Part shown: piece after piece, positions 16,419 through 26,613 of the stretch
How positions within the stretch are numbered: the stretch's first letter is position 1
Layout of the letters: every line of letters begins with the position of its first letter
DNA from: Candidatus Saccharimonadales bacterium
Lineage (GTDB): Bacteria; Chloroflexota; Dormibacteria; Aeolococcales; Aeolococcaceae
Assembly (NCBI GenBank): GCA_035534875.1
Contig: DATLRB010000073.1
Coordinates: forward strand, 35,961 to 99,960
DNA: 64,000 nt
Direction of reading: 5' to 3'
The notes under the pieces: model-generated
What the model was told of the DNA's origin: nothing
Database searches by the model: none
The model's input: only the letters and a program-made list of their open reading frames with translations
Translations under genes and position numbers: made by a program

Positions 16419-17657
16419 CTACCGCAGAGGGAGCGGGAGCGCCGCCGTTGGCAGAGGAGCGTCACCAGCGACGCGGTAGCGGCCCTGCCGGTCGAACGGT
16501 GCGCGAAGATCATCGAGGACGAGGGCCGCCATGAGCAGGGTCGTCTCGGGGAGCAGGCGCAGCATCTCCGGTGCGGCGAGAAAGCCGATTGCGCTGATCG
16601 CACTCAGGGCGATCATGATCAGCAACGCTACGTCACCCCGCCGGGCCGCTACGACGATGCAGGGTAGCGCAAGCACGGCGAGATCCTGCGCGTAGATGTG
16701 CGGCGCCGCGACCAGCGAGAGCACGACGCCGAGTGCGAGCGCATGTGATGGATGCCCGCGGAGCTTTCGACGCAACACGTACGCGAGCGCGCATGCGGCA
16801 GCCGCGAGCACCGCGCTCGTCCAGAAGGCCGCCGCGCCGCTGTTGGCGATCGACGCGGCGAGCGCCGGAAGGCCGACGCCACGGAATGCGTCGTTCAGAT
16901 GGGTTTGGAGCAGGAAGCCTGGCCACCTCGCGAGCTGCGACGGCCCGACGAGCATGAGGCTCGCTGCGAGCCATCCCGACGCGCCGAGCATGAACCCGGT
17001 CACGGTCCGCCACTCTCGTGCGGCAAGCAGCATCGGCAATGCCAGCCAGATCACCTGCGGCTCGACCAGGAGCAGCGACAACGCGATGCCTGCCCACACG
17101 CAGCGTCCCCGGCGCTGCAGCGCAAGCGTGATGAGGAGCGCGAGCACCATGACCCACTGCCACTGGAGAAACGCGACGAGTCCCACCACCGATCCCGCCG
17201 AGACGAGCGCACCGCCGACGCGATGCAGCTGGCTCCATCCGGCCGGTAGGAGCCTCCACGTCAGTGCCACTGCGCCCGCGAAGGTGGCGCTGCACACCGC
17301 CAGCGTCGCGGCGATGCCTTCGAGTGGTGGCAGCATCGCGAGTGGCTCGAAGATGAACCCAACCGGCGGCAGGCTGACGAACGGATTGATTCCGTCACCC
17401 GGGGCGAGTCCCATCGAATGCGTGGCTGCAATCTGCGACCCGACGCAATACAGGCAGCCGCCCGACCTCAGGAGATGCGCACCGACAGCGAAGGCGACCC
17501 AGTCGCTGTTCGCCGGCATGGACAGCGCACCGTTGACGCTCCGGGCAATGAACGCGACCGCGATGGCTGCGTAGAGCGCGATGCAGAGGACGCCGAGAAG
17601 TCTTCCGCTGCGCCAGGACACCAGATCACGGTAGGCACGTGGCGGGCCGGCATCCAC
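16419..17657 (-). CDS. Polytopic membrane protein, DUF2029 / GT87-like (mannosyltransferase-type)
   Basis: 412 aa, highly hydrophobic, with multiple TM helices and N-terminal DW / LYC motifs typical of the GT87/DUF2029 family. Confidence 0.5.
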   Translation of the reverse strand: MDAGPPRAYRDLVSWRSGRLLGVLCIALYAAIAVAFIARSVNGALSMPANSDWVAFAVGAHLLRSGGCLYCVGSQIAATHSMGLAPGDGINPFVSLPPVGFIFEPLAMLPPLEGIAATLAVCSATFAGAVALTWRLLPAGWSQLHRVGGALVSAGSVVGLVAFLQWQWVMVLALLITLALQRRGRCVWAGIALSLLLVEPQVIWLALPMLLAAREWRTVTGFMLGASGWLAASLMLVGPSQLARWPGFLLQTHLNDAFRGVGLPALAASIANSGAAAFWTSAVLAAAACALAYVLRRKLRGHPSHALALGVVLSLVAAPHIYAQDLAVLALPCIVVAARRGDVALLIMIALSAISAIGFLAAPEMLRLLPETTLLMAALVLDDLRAPFDRQGRYRVAGDAPLPTAALPLPLR

Positions 17658-17931
17658 CGCGCGACCGCGTCGTCACGCGTGCGTACCCGTCTCGGTCTCT
17701 TCGGCATCGAGAGTGGGGCCCATGAACGGGGCGCTGAAAACTTGACCAGTCTGGTCGGGATTTGATACCGTCGCCGGCGATGGACACCAGGGCTCTCGGA
17801 CTGACCCGCCGCCGGTGGCTCGACCACGGGTGCTGCGGGTCGGCCATCTGTAGTCGCTGACGAACGACACCGCGCCCCCGCCCGCCCCCGTCAGATCAAC
17901 AACCGTCATCCAATTCTTCGTGAGGTCTGCC

Positions 17932-18480
17932 ATGTCTGTCATCAATAAGCTGCTCGAGAACAATGAGCGCTACGCGGCACAATTCGACAAGAGCGACACG
18001 TCGCTTCCTCCGGCTCTCGGAGTGGCGATCGTGGCTTGCATGGATGCTCGCCTGCATGTCAGCGCGATGCTCGGGCTCGAGATCGGTGACGCACACATCA
18101 TCCGCAACGCCGGGGGAGTGGTGACCGAAGATGCGATCCGATCCCTGGTGATCTCGCAGCGGTTGCTCGGTACGAGGGAGATCGTCCTCATCCACCACAG
18201 CGACTGCGGCATGGTCACGTTCTCGGATGATGCGATCAAGGTGCAGATCCAGGAGGACACCGGTATCCGCCCACCGTTCGCGCTCGAGTCGTTCCCTGAA
18301 GCCGCCGCCGATGTCCGGCAGTCGATCGCGCGCATCAACGCGAGCCCGTTCATCCCGCACCGCGACAGTGTCCGCGGTTTCGTCTACGACGTATCCACGG
18401 GCCGGCTGAACGAGGTTCAGCCAGGCGACCGCGAGCTCACCGGATCATCGGTCGGTGTGGCGCCGGGAGTCCCGCGCTAG
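17932..18480 (+). CDS. Beta-class carbonic anhydrase
   Basis: CxDxR (ACMDARL) and HxxCG (HHSDCGM) zinc-ligand motifs. Alternative GTG start at 17920. Confidence 0.85.
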   Translation: MSVINKLLENNERYAAQFDKSDTSLPPALGVAIVACMDARLHVSAMLGLEIGDAHIIRNAGGVVTEDAIRSLVISQRLLGTREIVLIHHSDCGMVTFSDDAIKVQIQEDTGIRPPFALESFPEAAADVRQSIARINASPFIPHRDSVRGFVYDVSTGRLNEVQPGDRELTGSSVGVAPGVPR

Positions 18481-18872
18481 TCCCTGCGCAGTTGCCGCGG
18501 TCGGCCCCGTCTTCATCGCGCACGATGACATCGCCACCTGCCCTGCATCATTAGTTCGCGTGACTTCATCGACGCAATCGACCTGCGCGACGCTGATCGA
18601 CCCGGCACTCGAGTCCGTGGCCGGGATCCCCTCGGCAAGAGTGACACGACTGTTGCACGAGCAGATCGGAGTGGACGCCGTCCCTCGCCGCGATCTCAGG
18701 GAAGGCATGTGCGCCATGCGCACAAGTCGCCACCATGAAAGTTGCGCACAGGCATGTCCCTTACAGCACAAACAAGGTGTGCAGTTGTCCACATTGTTCA
18801 CAGGCTTGCGCGTGTCAAACGCGTCGCGCTCGCGGTGCAATCAGCGCACACCGTGACGGTTGACAGGGGGTC

Positions 18873-19214
18873 ATGGCCGCGGCGTACACTCCCCCGGTGA
18901 CATTGGAGGCGGGTGTGTCGAGGCATTCACAGCGAGCCGCCATGCCGCAGAGGATCTGCGCACGGGTGGGGTGTGGCGAGGCTGTGCACAAGCCCACGGC
19001 GAAGTACTGCAGCATCAAGTGTTGCTCGATCGACCCCGAGCGTCACGAACGTTTGCGCAACCAGGCTCGCCGCGCGTCAGCGCGTCCCATCCCGATGTTG
19101 CGGCAACTGCGGTTCGACTTCCCGCCCACCGGGTTCGATCCCGAGGCGCAACTCAACGAGTTGTGCCTGGCCCGAGAGGACGTCCCCTCGGGCATGTCTC
19201 GCCTCACCGGCTGA
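18873..19214 (+). CDS. Hypothetical small zinc-ribbon-like protein (CxxC...CxxxCC)
   Basis: 113-aa ORF in the low-GC intergenic region upstream of thrS. The cysteine pattern is RICARVGCGEAVHKPTAKYCSIKCC. No recognised family; coding status uncertain. Confidence 0.3.
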   Translation: MAAAYTPPVTLEAGVSRHSQRAAMPQRICARVGCGEAVHKPTAKYCSIKCCSIDPERHERLRNQARRASARPIPMLRQLRFDFPPTGFDPEAQLNELCLAREDVPSGMSRLTG

Positions 19215-19273
19215 CGCCGCGCAGCTCGGGTCGGGAGAGCGTCACCCGGCGGACTGCGTAGAATCGGCGTCGC

Positions 19274-21094
19274 ATGCCAGACGAGATCATCGACGACGCG
19301 GCTGAAGCAGGCGTTCCACTCCCAGCACCGGCCGAGCCGACTCTCGACATCCTTCGGCACAGCGCGGCGCATCTGATGGCCGCCGCGGTGGTCGACCTGT
19401 TTCCCGGAGCTCAATACGACGTCGGCCCTGCCATCGAAGACGGATTCTTCTACAACTTCCGGCTCCCCGGTGGACGGCATTTCGTCGACGACGACCTGGC
19501 GCGCATCGAGTCTCGAATGGCGGAGCTGGCAGCCGAGAAGATCGCGTTCGTGCAGGAGTCGGTGTCGCGTGCGCAGGCCGTCGAGATGTTCACCGCCATG
19601 CACCAGGATTTCAAGGTCGACATCATCAACCGGCTTCCCGACGACGTCACGACGGTCGGCATCTATCGGACCGGGCAGTTCGTCGACCTGTGTCGCGGGC
19701 CGCACGTGCCGGATACGGGATGGCTCGAGGCGCTTCGTGTGCTTCGTATCGCCGGGGTCTACTGGCGGGGCGACGCCAGGAACGAGCAGCTGCAACGCGT
19801 GTACGGCACGGCGTGGTTTTCGCGCGACGACCTGGACGCCTACATGCAACGCCTCGAGGAGGCACGCAAACGTGACCACCGACGTCTCGGCGCGGAGCTC
19901 GACCTGTTCTCGTTCCCAGACGAGATCGGCTCAGGGCTCCCCGTGTTCCACCCCAACGGTGGGCTGGTGCGCAAGCTCATGGAGGACTATTCGCGCAAGC
20001 GCCACGAGGAGGCCGGGTACTCCTTCGTGAACACCCCGCACATCACCAAGGAGGATCTGTTCAAGGTCTCCGGGCACCTCGAGTGGTTCGCCGACGGCAT
20101 GTTCCCGCCGATGGAGCTCGACGAGGGGACCAAGTACTACCTCAAGCCGATGAACTGCCCGATGCACATCCTCATCTATCGCAGCAGGATGCGCTCATAT
20201 CGCGAATTGCCCTTGCGCCTCTTCGAGTTCGGCAGCGTGTATCGCTACGAGAAATCGGGCGTGATCCACGGGCTGACTCGAGTGCGTGGGCTCACCATGG
20301 ACGATGCGCACATCTTCTGCGCGCGCGAGCAGATGATGGGCGAACTCATCTCACTGCTCGACTTCACCCTTGGACTGCTTCGCGACTTCGGTCTCACCGA
20401 CTTCTACCTCGAGCTCTCGACCCGACCCGAGCACAAGGCTGTCGGCACGCTGCAGGAGTGGGACGCGGCAACCGGCGCGCTGCGCCTGGCTGCTGAGGGC
20501 CGCAATCTGGAACTCGTGCTCGACGAGGGGGGCGGCGCGTTCTACGGCCCCAAGATCTCCGTCCAGGCACGGGATGCGATTGGACGGACATGGCAGATGT
20601 CGACGATTCAGGTCGACTTCCAGTTTCCGCAGCGCTTCGGCCTGCACTTCATTGACGATACAGGCGCCGAGCAGCAGCCGATCATGATCCACCGAGCGCT
20701 GTTCGGATCCATCGAGCGATTCTTCGGCATCCTTCTCGAGCATTACGCAGGGCACTTCCCGCTCTGGCTCGCGCCCGTGCAGTGTGCGCTCGTCCCGGTC
20801 CAGGACGACAGCGAGGACGTGATGGCGTACATACGCACTCTCGCCGCGGACATGCGCGAGCGCGGGTTGCGCGCTTCAATCGACGAGCGTCATGGCGAGC
20901 GCATGCAGGCACGGGTCCGCGATGCGGAGCTCAAACGCATTCCCTACGTGGTGGTCATCGGCAAGCGCGACGTTGAGCGCGGCGACGGCGTAGTCCGGGT
21001 TCGCGACGTTCGTCGCAACGTGCAGGAGGACCTCGCGACCGGCGCACTCATCGACCGCCTGGTCGCCGAGGTGAGCGAGCGGCGTCCCGAGTGA
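19274..21094 (+). CDS. thrS: Threonine--tRNA ligase lacking the N-terminal TGS domain
   Basis: Class II aaRS motifs and the ThrRS editing-domain start (RHSAAHLMAAAV). 606 aa. A TAGAAT hexamer lies about 10 nt upstream. Confidence 0.9.
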   Translation: MPDEIIDDAAEAGVPLPAPAEPTLDILRHSAAHLMAAAVVDLFPGAQYDVGPAIEDGFFYNFRLPGGRHFVDDDLARIESRMAELAAEKIAFVQESVSRAQAVEMFTAMHQDFKVDIINRLPDDVTTVGIYRTGQFVDLCRGPHVPDTGWLEALRVLRIAGVYWRGDARNEQLQRVYGTAWFSRDDLDAYMQRLEEARKRDHRRLGAELDLFSFPDEIGSGLPVFHPNGGLVRKLMEDYSRKRHEEAGYSFVNTPHITKEDLFKVSGHLEWFADGMFPPMELDEGTKYYLKPMNCPMHILIYRSRMRSYRELPLRLFEFGSVYRYEKSGVIHGLTRVRGLTMDDAHIFCAREQMMGELISLLDFTLGLLRDFGLTDFYLELSTRPEHKAVGTLQEWDAATGALRLAAEGRNLELVLDEGGGAFYGPKISVQARDAIGRTWQMSTIQVDFQFPQRFGLHFIDDTGAEQQPIMIHRALFGSIERFFGILLEHYAGHFPLWLAPVQCALVPVQDDSEDVMAYIRTLAADMRERGLRASIDERHGERMQARVRDAELKRIPYVVVIGKRDVERGDGVVRVRDVRRNVQEDLATGALIDRLVAEVSERRPE

Positions 21095-21684
21095 GACGAC
21101 CCCGGGAGAAGCCGCCGGACGCCGTCGCGACCCATGCGCCGCTCCGAGGAGAGGCCAAGCTGCGCGCCGCACTGTCCGGATTCGGCGTGGGGGTGACGGA
21201 CAGGGTCTGTCTCGACCTCGGCGCCGCCGCGGGCGGGTTCACCCGGGTGCTGCTGGACGCGGGAGCGACGCGTGTCTACGCCGTCGACGCCGGATTCGGT
21301 CAGCTCCTCGGCTCGCTCCGTCAGGATCCGCGAGTCATCAACCTCGAGGCGACGAATGTCGCCGCCCTCGACGCCCGCCTGGTGCCCGAGACCATCGAGC
21401 TGGTGACGATCGACGTCTCCTACCTCGCACTCGCCGCCGCGGTCGCCCAGCTCGACCGCATCGCACTCGCCGTCGATGCGGACCTGATCGGCCTCGTCAA
21501 GCCGATGTTCGAGTTGCGCCGTGGCACCGCCCCGACGGACGCGACGTCGGTCGACGCCGCGACCGAGCGGGCTGCCTCGGGCATCGCCGCGGCCGGCTGG
21601 CGGGTCATCGGCGCCATGCCGTCGCCCGTGCTCGGTGGACGAGGGGCTGTCGAGGCCCTGATCCACGCCCGGCGATCACCATGA
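21091..21684 (+). CDS. tlyA: TlyA-family (FtsJ-like) rRNA 2'-O-methyltransferase, methyltransferase domain only
   Basis: GTGA overlap with the thrS stop. SAM-binding motif LDLGAAAGGFT. No S4 domain. Confidence 0.65.
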   Translation: MRRPREKPPDAVATHAPLRGEAKLRAALSGFGVGVTDRVCLDLGAAAGGFTRVLLDAGATRVYAVDAGFGQLLGSLRQDPRVINLEATNVAALDARLVPETIELVTIDVSYLALAAAVAQLDRIALAVDADLIGLVKPMFELRRGTAPTDATSVDAATERAASGIAAAGWRVIGAMPSPVLGGRGAVEALIHARRSP

Positions 21685-21818
21685 CGTCGCAGCAGGTTTG
21701 GCCGTCCCGCGCGCGTGCTATATTCAGCGGCCGACGCCCATCGCGGGCGCCGCAAAGCAGGACCGCCAGGTACGGCCCTCACCTTCCGGGCTTGCCTTGA
21801 AGGTCCAGCACCCGAGCC

Positions 21819-21850
21819 CTGGATAGCGGAACCGCTGTCCAGTTTTTTAT
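21819..21850 (+). terminator. Intrinsic-terminator/attenuator hairpin (about 10-bp stem CTGGATAGCGG/CCGCTGTCCAG with one G-U pair) plus a T6 tract, 7 nt upstream of the infC RBS
   Basis: Seen directly in the sequence. Its position inside the infC leader, rather than after tlyA (which ends 135 nt earlier), suggests an attenuation function. Confidence 0.55.
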
Positions 21851-21871
21851 ATCCACAAGGAGGCCGCGCCG

Positions 21872-22525
21872 ATCGCATTCCGAGAGCTCAGGGTCAATGA
21901 CCAGATCCGCATCCCATCCGTTCGCCTGTTCGACGACACCACGGGCGAGCAGCTGGGGATCGTCACCATCGAGCGAGCACGAGAGCTTGCCGCCCAACGC
22001 GAACTGGACCTGGTCGAGGTGGCCCCCCAGGCCCAACCGCCGGTCTGCCGTCTCATGGATTACGGGCGCTTCAAGTTCGAAGCCCTGAAGAAGGAGAAGG
22101 AGAGCCGCAAAGAGCACAACACCATCAACGTCAAGGAGATGAAGCTCCGTCCGAAGATATCGGAGCACGACTTCCAGACCAAGTTCGGGTCGGTACGCCA
22201 TTTTCTCCATGACGGCGACAAGGTGAAGCTCACCATCATGTTTCGCGGACGCGAGATGGTGCACCAGGAGTACGGACGCAAGTTGCTTGACCGCATGGCG
22301 GAGGAACTGAAAGAGGTGGCGATCATCGAGCGGACCCCCCTGGTGGAGGGCCGCAACATGATCATGATCATGAGCCCGCTCAACAAGAAGCACGCCAAGG
22401 GCGATCAGCACAGCAACGACCGGCGTCCAACGCAGGAGGTGGAGATGAGCATCACCGTTCCGGCGGAAGATCCCGGTACCGAATCAGGGGGTAACAGCGA
22501 CCATGCCGAAGATTCGAACCCATAA
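21872..22525 (+). CDS. infC: Translation initiation factor IF-3, non-AUG (AUC) start
   Basis: AFRELRVNDQIRIPSVRLFDDTTGEQLGIV...PPVCRLMDYGRFKFE is the canonical IF-3 N-domain. No ATG/GTG/TTG lies upstream in frame. The RBS AAGGAGG sits 8 nt before the ATC at 21872. IF-3 genes typically use AUU/AUA/AUC starts for autoregulation. Confidence 0.8.
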   Translation: MAFRELRVNDQIRIPSVRLFDDTTGEQLGIVTIERARELAAQRELDLVEVAPQAQPPVCRLMDYGRFKFEALKKEKESRKEHNTINVKEMKLRPKISEHDFQTKFGSVRHFLHDGDKVKLTIMFRGREMVHQEYGRKLLDRMAEELKEVAIIERTPLVEGRNMIMIMSPLNKKHAKGDQHSNDRRPTQEVEMSITVPAEDPGTESGGNSDHAEDSNP

Positions 22526-22700
22526 AGGAACCGCCAAGCGGCTCCGCGTCACCTCGACCGGGAAGGTGATGCGGCGCAAGGCGTTTCGCTCGCACCTGCT
22601 CGAGCATAAGAGCGCCAAGCGCAAGCGGCAATACCGGATGCAACACGAGGTGTCCTCGTCGGACCGCCGCAAGGTGATCCGGCTTGCACCCTATCTTTAG
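22503..22700 (+). CDS. rpmI: 50S ribosomal protein L35
   Basis: MPKIRTHKGTAKRLRVTSTGKVMRRK... is the L35 signature. Confidence 0.9.
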   Translation: MPKIRTHKGTAKRLRVTSTGKVMRRKAFRSHLLEHKSAKRKRQYRMQHEVSSSDRRKVIRLAPYL

Positions 22701-22709
22701 GAGAGCGAC

Positions 22710-23072
22710 ATGGCCAGAGTGAAACGTGGGGTGACGGCCAAGGCTCGCCACCGGAAGATCCTCGAGATGGCCGAGGGGATGCAGGGTGCTCGTCACCGGC
22801 TGTACAAGAACGCCAACGAGGCGGTCATGCACTCGCTCGCCTACGCCTATCGCGACCGCAAGCAGCGGAAGGGCGACATGCGCGGTCTCTGGATCGCGCG
22901 CATCAACGCGGCAGCGCGCCAGAATGGCCTCGCCTACAACCAGTTCATGCACGGCCTCAAGGAGGCCGGTGTCGACGTGAATCGCAAGATGCTCGCCGAC
23001 ATCGCGGTCAAGGACTCCGGCTCGTTTCAGCAGCTTGTCGAAGTCGCCCGGGGCGCCCTGACCAAGGCGTGA
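22710..23072 (+). CDS. rplT: 50S ribosomal protein L20
   Basis: [23 protein letters not shown]... is the L20 signature. Confidence 0.95.
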   Translation: MARVKRGVTAKARHRKILEMAEGMQGARHRLYKNANEAVMHSLAYAYRDRKQRKGDMRGLWIARINAAARQNGLAYNQFMHGLKEAGVDVNRKMLADIAVKDSGSFQQLVEVARGALTKA

Positions 23073-24127
23073 CCGCCGACCTCCACAGCGTGGCGGCAGA
23101 AGCCCTCGAGGCGGTCGCGGCCGCGCCGGACCTGGCGTCGCTCGACGCGGTGCGCACCAGGTACCTCGGGCGGGGCGACGGCGAGCTGACCTCGTTTCGG
23201 CGCGGCCTTGGCAAGATCCCCGACCCGGACGGACGGCGCCAGATGGGCCAGATGGTCAACGAGCTCGTCCAGCGTGTCGGCGATGCCCTCGACGAGCGCC
23301 AGAGCAGCATCGAGCGCTCGGCCCGGGCTCAGAGCCTCGAGACGGAGGCGCTCGATCTCACGCGCCCCGCGCCGCCCCTGCGCCGGGGCCGGCTCAGCCC
23401 GGTCACGGTGGCCGCCCGGGAGATCCGCCGGATCTTCGGCCAGCTTGGCTTCGAGGCGGTGGACGGACCCGAGGTTGAATACGACCGCTACAACTTCACC
23501 CTGGTCAACCAGCCACCCGGACACCCCGCCCGCGATTCGCAGGACACGTTCTACATCGACGATTCACGGCTGCTCCGGACGCACACATCGCCGGTGCAGA
23601 TCCGCAGCATGCTCATCCGTGGCGCGCCGCAGCGGGTGATCGTCCCCGGCAAGACGTATCGGCGGGACCACGACGCCACGCACATGCCCATGTTTCACCA
23701 GGTCGAGGCGCTCTGCATCGACGAAGGGATCGCGGTGAGCGATCTGAAGGGCACGCTCGAGTACTTCGCACGATCGTTCTTCGGCGCCGGTTCCATCCTG
23801 CAGTGGCGGCCGCACCACTTCCCGTTCACCGAGCCGTCGCTGGAGCTCGAGCTGGCGTGCGTCGTCTGTCGCGGCACCGGGTGCGGCGTGTGCAAGTACA
23901 GCGGCTGGCTCGAGCTCCTCGGCAGCGGCATGGTCCATCCCCAGGTGCTTCGCAACGGCGGGGTCGACCCGGAGCGCTACACGGGCTTCGCGTTTGGCAT
24001 GGGCATCGAGCGAGCGGCGATGCTCGCCTGGGGCATCCCCGACATGCGCCTGCTGTACGACAACGACGTTCGCTTCCTCGTCCCTGAGGGCTCGGACGGT
24101 GCGCCGCCGGAGCATCCGGCTCCGTGA
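23069..24127 (+). CDS. pheS: Phenylalanine--tRNA ligase alpha subunit
   Basis: Class II motifs (FRxE..., [14 protein letters not shown]) and the HPARD motif. GTGA overlap with rplT. Confidence 0.9.
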   Translation: MTADLHSVAAEALEAVAAAPDLASLDAVRTRYLGRGDGELTSFRRGLGKIPDPDGRRQMGQMVNELVQRVGDALDERQSSIERSARAQSLETEALDLTRPAPPLRRGRLSPVTVAAREIRRIFGQLGFEAVDGPEVEYDRYNFTLVNQPPGHPARDSQDTFYIDDSRLLRTHTSPVQIRSMLIRGAPQRVIVPGKTYRRDHDATHMPMFHQVEALCIDEGIAVSDLKGTLEYFARSFFGAGSILQWRPHHFPFTEPSLELELACVVCRGTGCGVCKYSGWLELLGSGMVHPQVLRNGGVDPERYTGFAFGMGIERAAMLAWGIPDMRLLYDNDVRFLVPEGSDGAPPEHPAP

Positions 24128-26613
24128 AGTTCTCGCTTCGGTGGTTGCGCGACTACGCGACCCTCGATGCACCCGTGGCAACGATCGTCAAAGCCCTCGT
24201 CGACACGGGGACGGAGGTTGGCGCCGTTGATCTCGGCGGCGAGGGAATCGTCGTTGCTCGAATCGCGTCGGTCGGGCCCGTTCCCGGATCGGCCCATCTC
24301 CAATTCGCCGATCTCGATCTCGGTGGCGAGGTGCCGGTGTCGCTCGCGGCGTTCAGCGCCATGCCCGGGACGATCCGCGTCATGACCGGGGCGCCGAACG
24401 TCAAGGCCGGCGACCTGGTTCCGTACGCGCCGCCGGGAACCCGTCCGCCGGCGATGGACGAGCCCCTCGGCGTGAAGACCATCCGTGGCCACAAGTCCCC
24501 AGGGATGCTCTGCTCGGCGATCGAGCTCGGCGTGGGAGAGGACGCCGACGGCATCCTCATCCTCGACGAGGGGACGCCAGGACAGGCACTCCGCGAAACC
24601 CTGACCCTCGACACCGTCCTCGACCTCGACGTGACCACCAATCGCCCCGATTGCCTCTGCCACGTCGGCATCGCGCGTGAGCTGGCGGCGGCACTTGCTG
24701 AGGGGCTCAACGAGCCGCCTGCGTCCGTGCCCGAGGAGTTGCTCTCGGCGACGTCTTCCGAGCTGCGCGCGAAGGTGCGCGTCGTGGATGCGCAGGGCTG
24801 CCCGCGCTTTGCGGCACGCGTGATCGAGGGGGTCGTCGTCGGTCCCTCGCCAGGATGGCTTCGCCAGCGCCTCCGCGCCGTCGGGCTGCGGCCCATCAAC
24901 AACGTGGTTGACGTCACCAACTTCGTGCTCCACGAGCTCGGCCAGCCGCTGCATGCTTTTGACCTCGATCAATTCGTCGATTCCGGCGGCGCCAGGACGG
25001 CCGACGTGGTGATCCGACGGGCGGCACCAGGTGAACACGTCATCGACCTCCTCGGGACGGACCGTGAGCTCTCGCCGGACGACCTGGTGGTCTGCTCCGG
25101 CACCACTCCCGCGAGCATCGCCGGGATCATCGGCGGCAGTTCGACGTCGGTCACCGACTCCACGAGGACGGTGCTGCTCGAGGCCGCGACCTGGGACGGT
25201 CCCACCATTCGGGCAACGTCGAAGCGGCTCGGTCTCCGCACCGACGCCTCGACGCTGTTTGAGAAAGGATTGAGCGACCGTCTCCCGCCCGTCGCCCTGG
25301 ACCGCGCTGCCGCCCTGATCGCCGAGCTGTCGGGAGGTCGTGTCCTCGCGGGGACGATCGACCAATGGCCGCGTCCGCTCCCCGAGCTCGGCCCGATCTC
25401 ACTGACCGCTGGGTTCACCGGCGACCTGCTCGGCATCCCCATCGACGCGACCGAGATCGCCACGACGCTCGCGCAGCTCGGGTTCGCCGTCGAGCAGGAC
25501 GGCGCCACCCTCGAGGTCATGCCACCGTACTTCCGGCGCGACGTGTCGCTGCCGGAGGACCTCGTCGAAGAGGTGGGCCGGATGATCGGGTACTCGAGGG
25601 TGCCGAGCACGCTCCCCGGACGGCGGATCCCGGTCACGACCACGGCGGCGCCGCCGCTGGTCGAGGACGCCATTCGCGACGTCTGCGTGGGGGCCGGATT
25701 CGACGAAGCCATCACCCTGTCGTTCGTCGGCCCGCGGGACGCGGCGTTGCTGCCGGGGCTCGGCCACGGGCGCAAGCCCATCCCGCTGCGCAACCCGCTC
25801 AGCGATGAGTGGAGCGTGATGCGCACCTCCCAGCTTCCCCGGCTTTGCGCCGCGCTCGCGGCCAACGTCAACCGCGGGGGTGGCGACGTGATGCTCTTCG
25901 AGCTCGGCCGCGCCTTCTGGGACGGCGAACGAGTGGGACCGGTGCCCGGATCGACGCCCGACCGCGCCGACAGGAACCTCCCCGCGCTGCCGCTCGAGCC
26001 CCTGCTCCTGAGTGTCGTTCGCCATGTGTCGACCGGCTCCGCGGATGACGCCGCCCTCGCGGTTCGACATCTGCAGTCCGTCTTTGACCGCATCACCCGA
26101 GACCTCGCCGGCGCTGCGCTGCGCGCGGAGCCGTCCGAGGAATCGGGGCTCCATCCCGGGAGAAGCGCCGCGCTCCGGTTCGCCGGCGAGCCGGTGGGCA
26201 TCCTCGGCGAGCTGTCGTTCGAGACGGCGGCGGCATTCGAGATCCGAGGTCGTGTCGCGGTCGGTGAGCTGCGCATCGACGCGATCGCTCCCTCGCCGCC
26301 GCGAGCGCTCCACTTCACGCAGCCGCCTCGCTTCCCCGCGATCATCCAGGACCTCGCGGTCACCGTCGCGGCTGACCGGCGCGCCGGCGAGGCAATGGAC
26401 GCGATCCGTGAGGCCCGAGAGCCCGTCCTCGAACACGCCGAGCTGTACGACGAGTACCGGGGTGGCAGCCTGGGTCCGGGGCGCAAGGGCTGGACCTTCC
26501 GGCTCACGTTCCGCGCACCCGACCGGACGCTCACCGGCGACGAGGCACAACGCGCTCAGGATGCCATCGCGGCAGCGCTGGCTCGACGGTGCGACGCAGA
26601 GATTCGCCGGTAG
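24124..26613 (+). CDS. pheT: Phenylalanine--tRNA ligase beta subunit
   Basis: 829 aa, N-terminal [11 protein letters not shown]... (tRNA-binding, B3/B4, B5 and anticodon-binding domains). GTGA overlap with pheS. Confidence 0.9.
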   Translation: MKFSLRWLRDYATLDAPVATIVKALVDTGTEVGAVDLGGEGIVVARIASVGPVPGSAHLQFADLDLGGEVPVSLAAFSAMPGTIRVMTGAPNVKAGDLVPYAPPGTRPPAMDEPLGVKTIRGHKSPGMLCSAIELGVGEDADGILILDEGTPGQALRETLTLDTVLDLDVTTNRPDCLCHVGIARELAAALAEGLNEPPASVPEELLSATSSELRAKVRVVDAQGCPRFAARVIEGVVVGPSPGWLRQRLRAVGLRPINNVVDVTNFVLHELGQPLHAFDLDQFVDSGGARTADVVIRRAAPGEHVIDLLGTDRELSPDDLVVCSGTTPASIAGIIGGSSTSVTDSTRTVLLEAATWDGPTIRATSKRLGLRTDASTLFEKGLSDRLPPVALDRAAALIAELSGGRVLAGTIDQWPRPLPELGPISLTAGFTGDLLGIPIDATEIATTLAQLGFAVEQDGATLEVMPPYFRRDVSLPEDLVEEVGRMIGYSRVPSTLPGRRIPVTTTAAPPLVEDAIRDVCVGAGFDEAITLSFVGPRDAALLPGLGHGRKPIPLRNPLSDEWSVMRTSQLPRLCAALAANVNRGGGDVMLFELGRAFWDGERVGPVPGSTPDRADRNLPALPLEPLLLSVVRHVSTGSADDAALAVRHLQSVFDRITRDLAGAALRAEPSEESGLHPGRSAALRFAGEPVGILGELSFETAAAFEIRGRVAVGELRIDAIAPSPPRALHFTQPPRFPAIIQDLAVTVAADRRAGEAMDAIREAREPVLEHAELYDEYRGGSLGPGRKGWTFRLTFRAPDRTLTGDEAQRAQDAIAAALARRCDAEIRR

